Positions 59,286-64,000 of a DNA stretch of 64,000 nucleotides are shown piece by piece (positions within the stretch are counted from its first letter, which is position 1; every line of letters begins with the position of its first letter). Both the position numbers and the translations under genes were made by a program. The notes below the pieces were generated by a model. It was not told the origin of the DNA. It saw only the letters and a program-made list of their open reading frames with translations, and did not search any database. This DNA is from the human T2T-CHM13v2.0 reference genome, Homo sapiens, in the NCBI RefSeq assembly GCF_009914755.1, contig NC_060944.1; one strand, given 5' to 3'.

Positions 59286-60092
59286 TACTTGGTAGGGATG
59301 GAGTAGACTGAGATTCAAACACTGGGGGAATGCTGGGTTAGATATCCTCTAAAGTCCCTTCTAACCATGGAAGTCAGTGATTCATTCCTTGACCACACTG
59401 GCCCTCTCTCTATTTTTCAAACTCCTCAAGCTCATGCCTACCCAGGTTCCTTTCCTTAGCCATTCCTTCTGCCTAATATACTCTTCTTACCTCTTCAGGT
59501 GGCAAACTGCTCTTTATTCTCTGGATTACCTTTCCTGAACCCAGCAACTAGATTTGATTCTTACTCATGGCCCCTGTAATTTCCCTTCATAAGGACATTA
59601 ATTTTCCTGCAGCCTCGACCTCCTGGGCTCAAGCGATTCTCCCACTTTCGTCTCCTGAGTAGTTGAGATTATAGGCATACTCCACCATGCCAGCTAATTT
59701 TTAAAATTTTCTGTAGAGAAGGGGTTTTCCCTGTTGCCCAGGCTGGCCTTGAACTCCTGGGCCCACGCAGTCCTCCCGGCTTGGCCTGGCAAAATGCTAT
59801 GAACATAGGAGTGAGCCACTGCGCCCAGCCTCACTCCTACTTCTGACCAAACTAATCACTCTAGTTTGTCCACAGGGCCACATGTTTAGCCACTCCCTGG
59901 CTATGCAGATGGATGGCAATGATGGGTCTGATCTAGTGTTAGGATTCTAATTATTAAGTCAGTGTTGCTTCATCTCTGCCTATGGACCATGTATCCTTCT
60001 CTTTAGGAACTACTGTAAAAGGCCTTTCCAGAACATGGGGACTGAATGCGTAAGGAGGGCAGGTACTTATGTTGTGCTGGAGAATTCACTCA

Positions 60093-60341
<249 letters not shown>

Positions 60342-60529
60342 CTACTCTCAACTCAAGAAGTTTAAGGGTCACAATCAGCCTGTGGATCTCTGTAGGGTTC
60401 ATATTTAACACAGGTAGACACAGTATAGTCAGTAGATGGTGTTATTAAGAAATAGGGAAATGCTAACCTAAGGAAACAATCTGAAAAACGAAAAAGCTTT
60501 GTGCATAAAGATGTTAATTCCAGCACTGT

Positions 60530-61548
<1,019 letters not shown>

Positions 61549-61767
61549 GTGGTCTAAGGACCGCGCTTTGGAAATAATTGCATGACAGTAGTAAAAGGAA
61601 TTATCCTACAGCCAGTCTAGGAACACAACCATTAAAAATCAAGTATCTAAGGAATTTATAATGTGCTATTCTGCTAAGTAAAAAAGCTGAATGTGGCCAG
61701 GTGCAGTGGCTCATGCCAGTAATCCCAGCACTTTGGGAGGCTGAGGCGGGTGGATCACCTGAGGTCA

Positions 61768-62073
<306 letters not shown>

Positions 62074-62210
62074 TTAATTCTATTTATAAAATTCATTTTT
62101 TAATATCCTGCTTGATTATGGAAAAAAAATCCATGTAATGTAGCTGGAAAAATCATACCAGAAAAAGAAATATAACTTTAAATAAATACTGGAGAAAACT
62201 GGATAAATTA

Positions 62211-64000
<1,790 letters not shown>

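Overview
Human (AluYg6- and SVA-bearing) genomic DNA that I recognise as the RBL1/MROH8 region of chromosome 20q11. Both genes are on the minus strand. RBL1 (p107) contributes its CpG-island promoter with tandem E2F sites and coding exons 1-2. About 5 kb upstream lies the 3' part of MROH8 (maestro HEAT-like repeat family). I assembled 15 MROH8 coding exons by hand (60257 down to the stop at 15037); all have AG/GT boundaries and compatible phases, giving one open 684-aa C-terminal segment, and several of them are missing from the ORF track. The rest is mostly transposon-derived: dozens of Alus, two SVAs, ERV/MaLR LTRs, Tigger and MER107 DNA transposons and L1 fragments. Almost all ORFs in the supplied track are Alu or SVA artefacts. 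I found no evidence of a new biological system. The most notable local observations are an Alu > SVA > AluYg6 nested insertion, a possibly 3'-truncated old SVA, a CCAAT-rich LTR next to the RBL1 promoter, a four-tier G-quadruplex motif in RBL1 intron 1, an Alu-derived minisatellite and an Alu-tail (GAAAA)n purine tract beside an MROH8 splice donor. Repeat subfamily names come from recalled consensus sequences and need RepeatMasker/Dfam confirmation.
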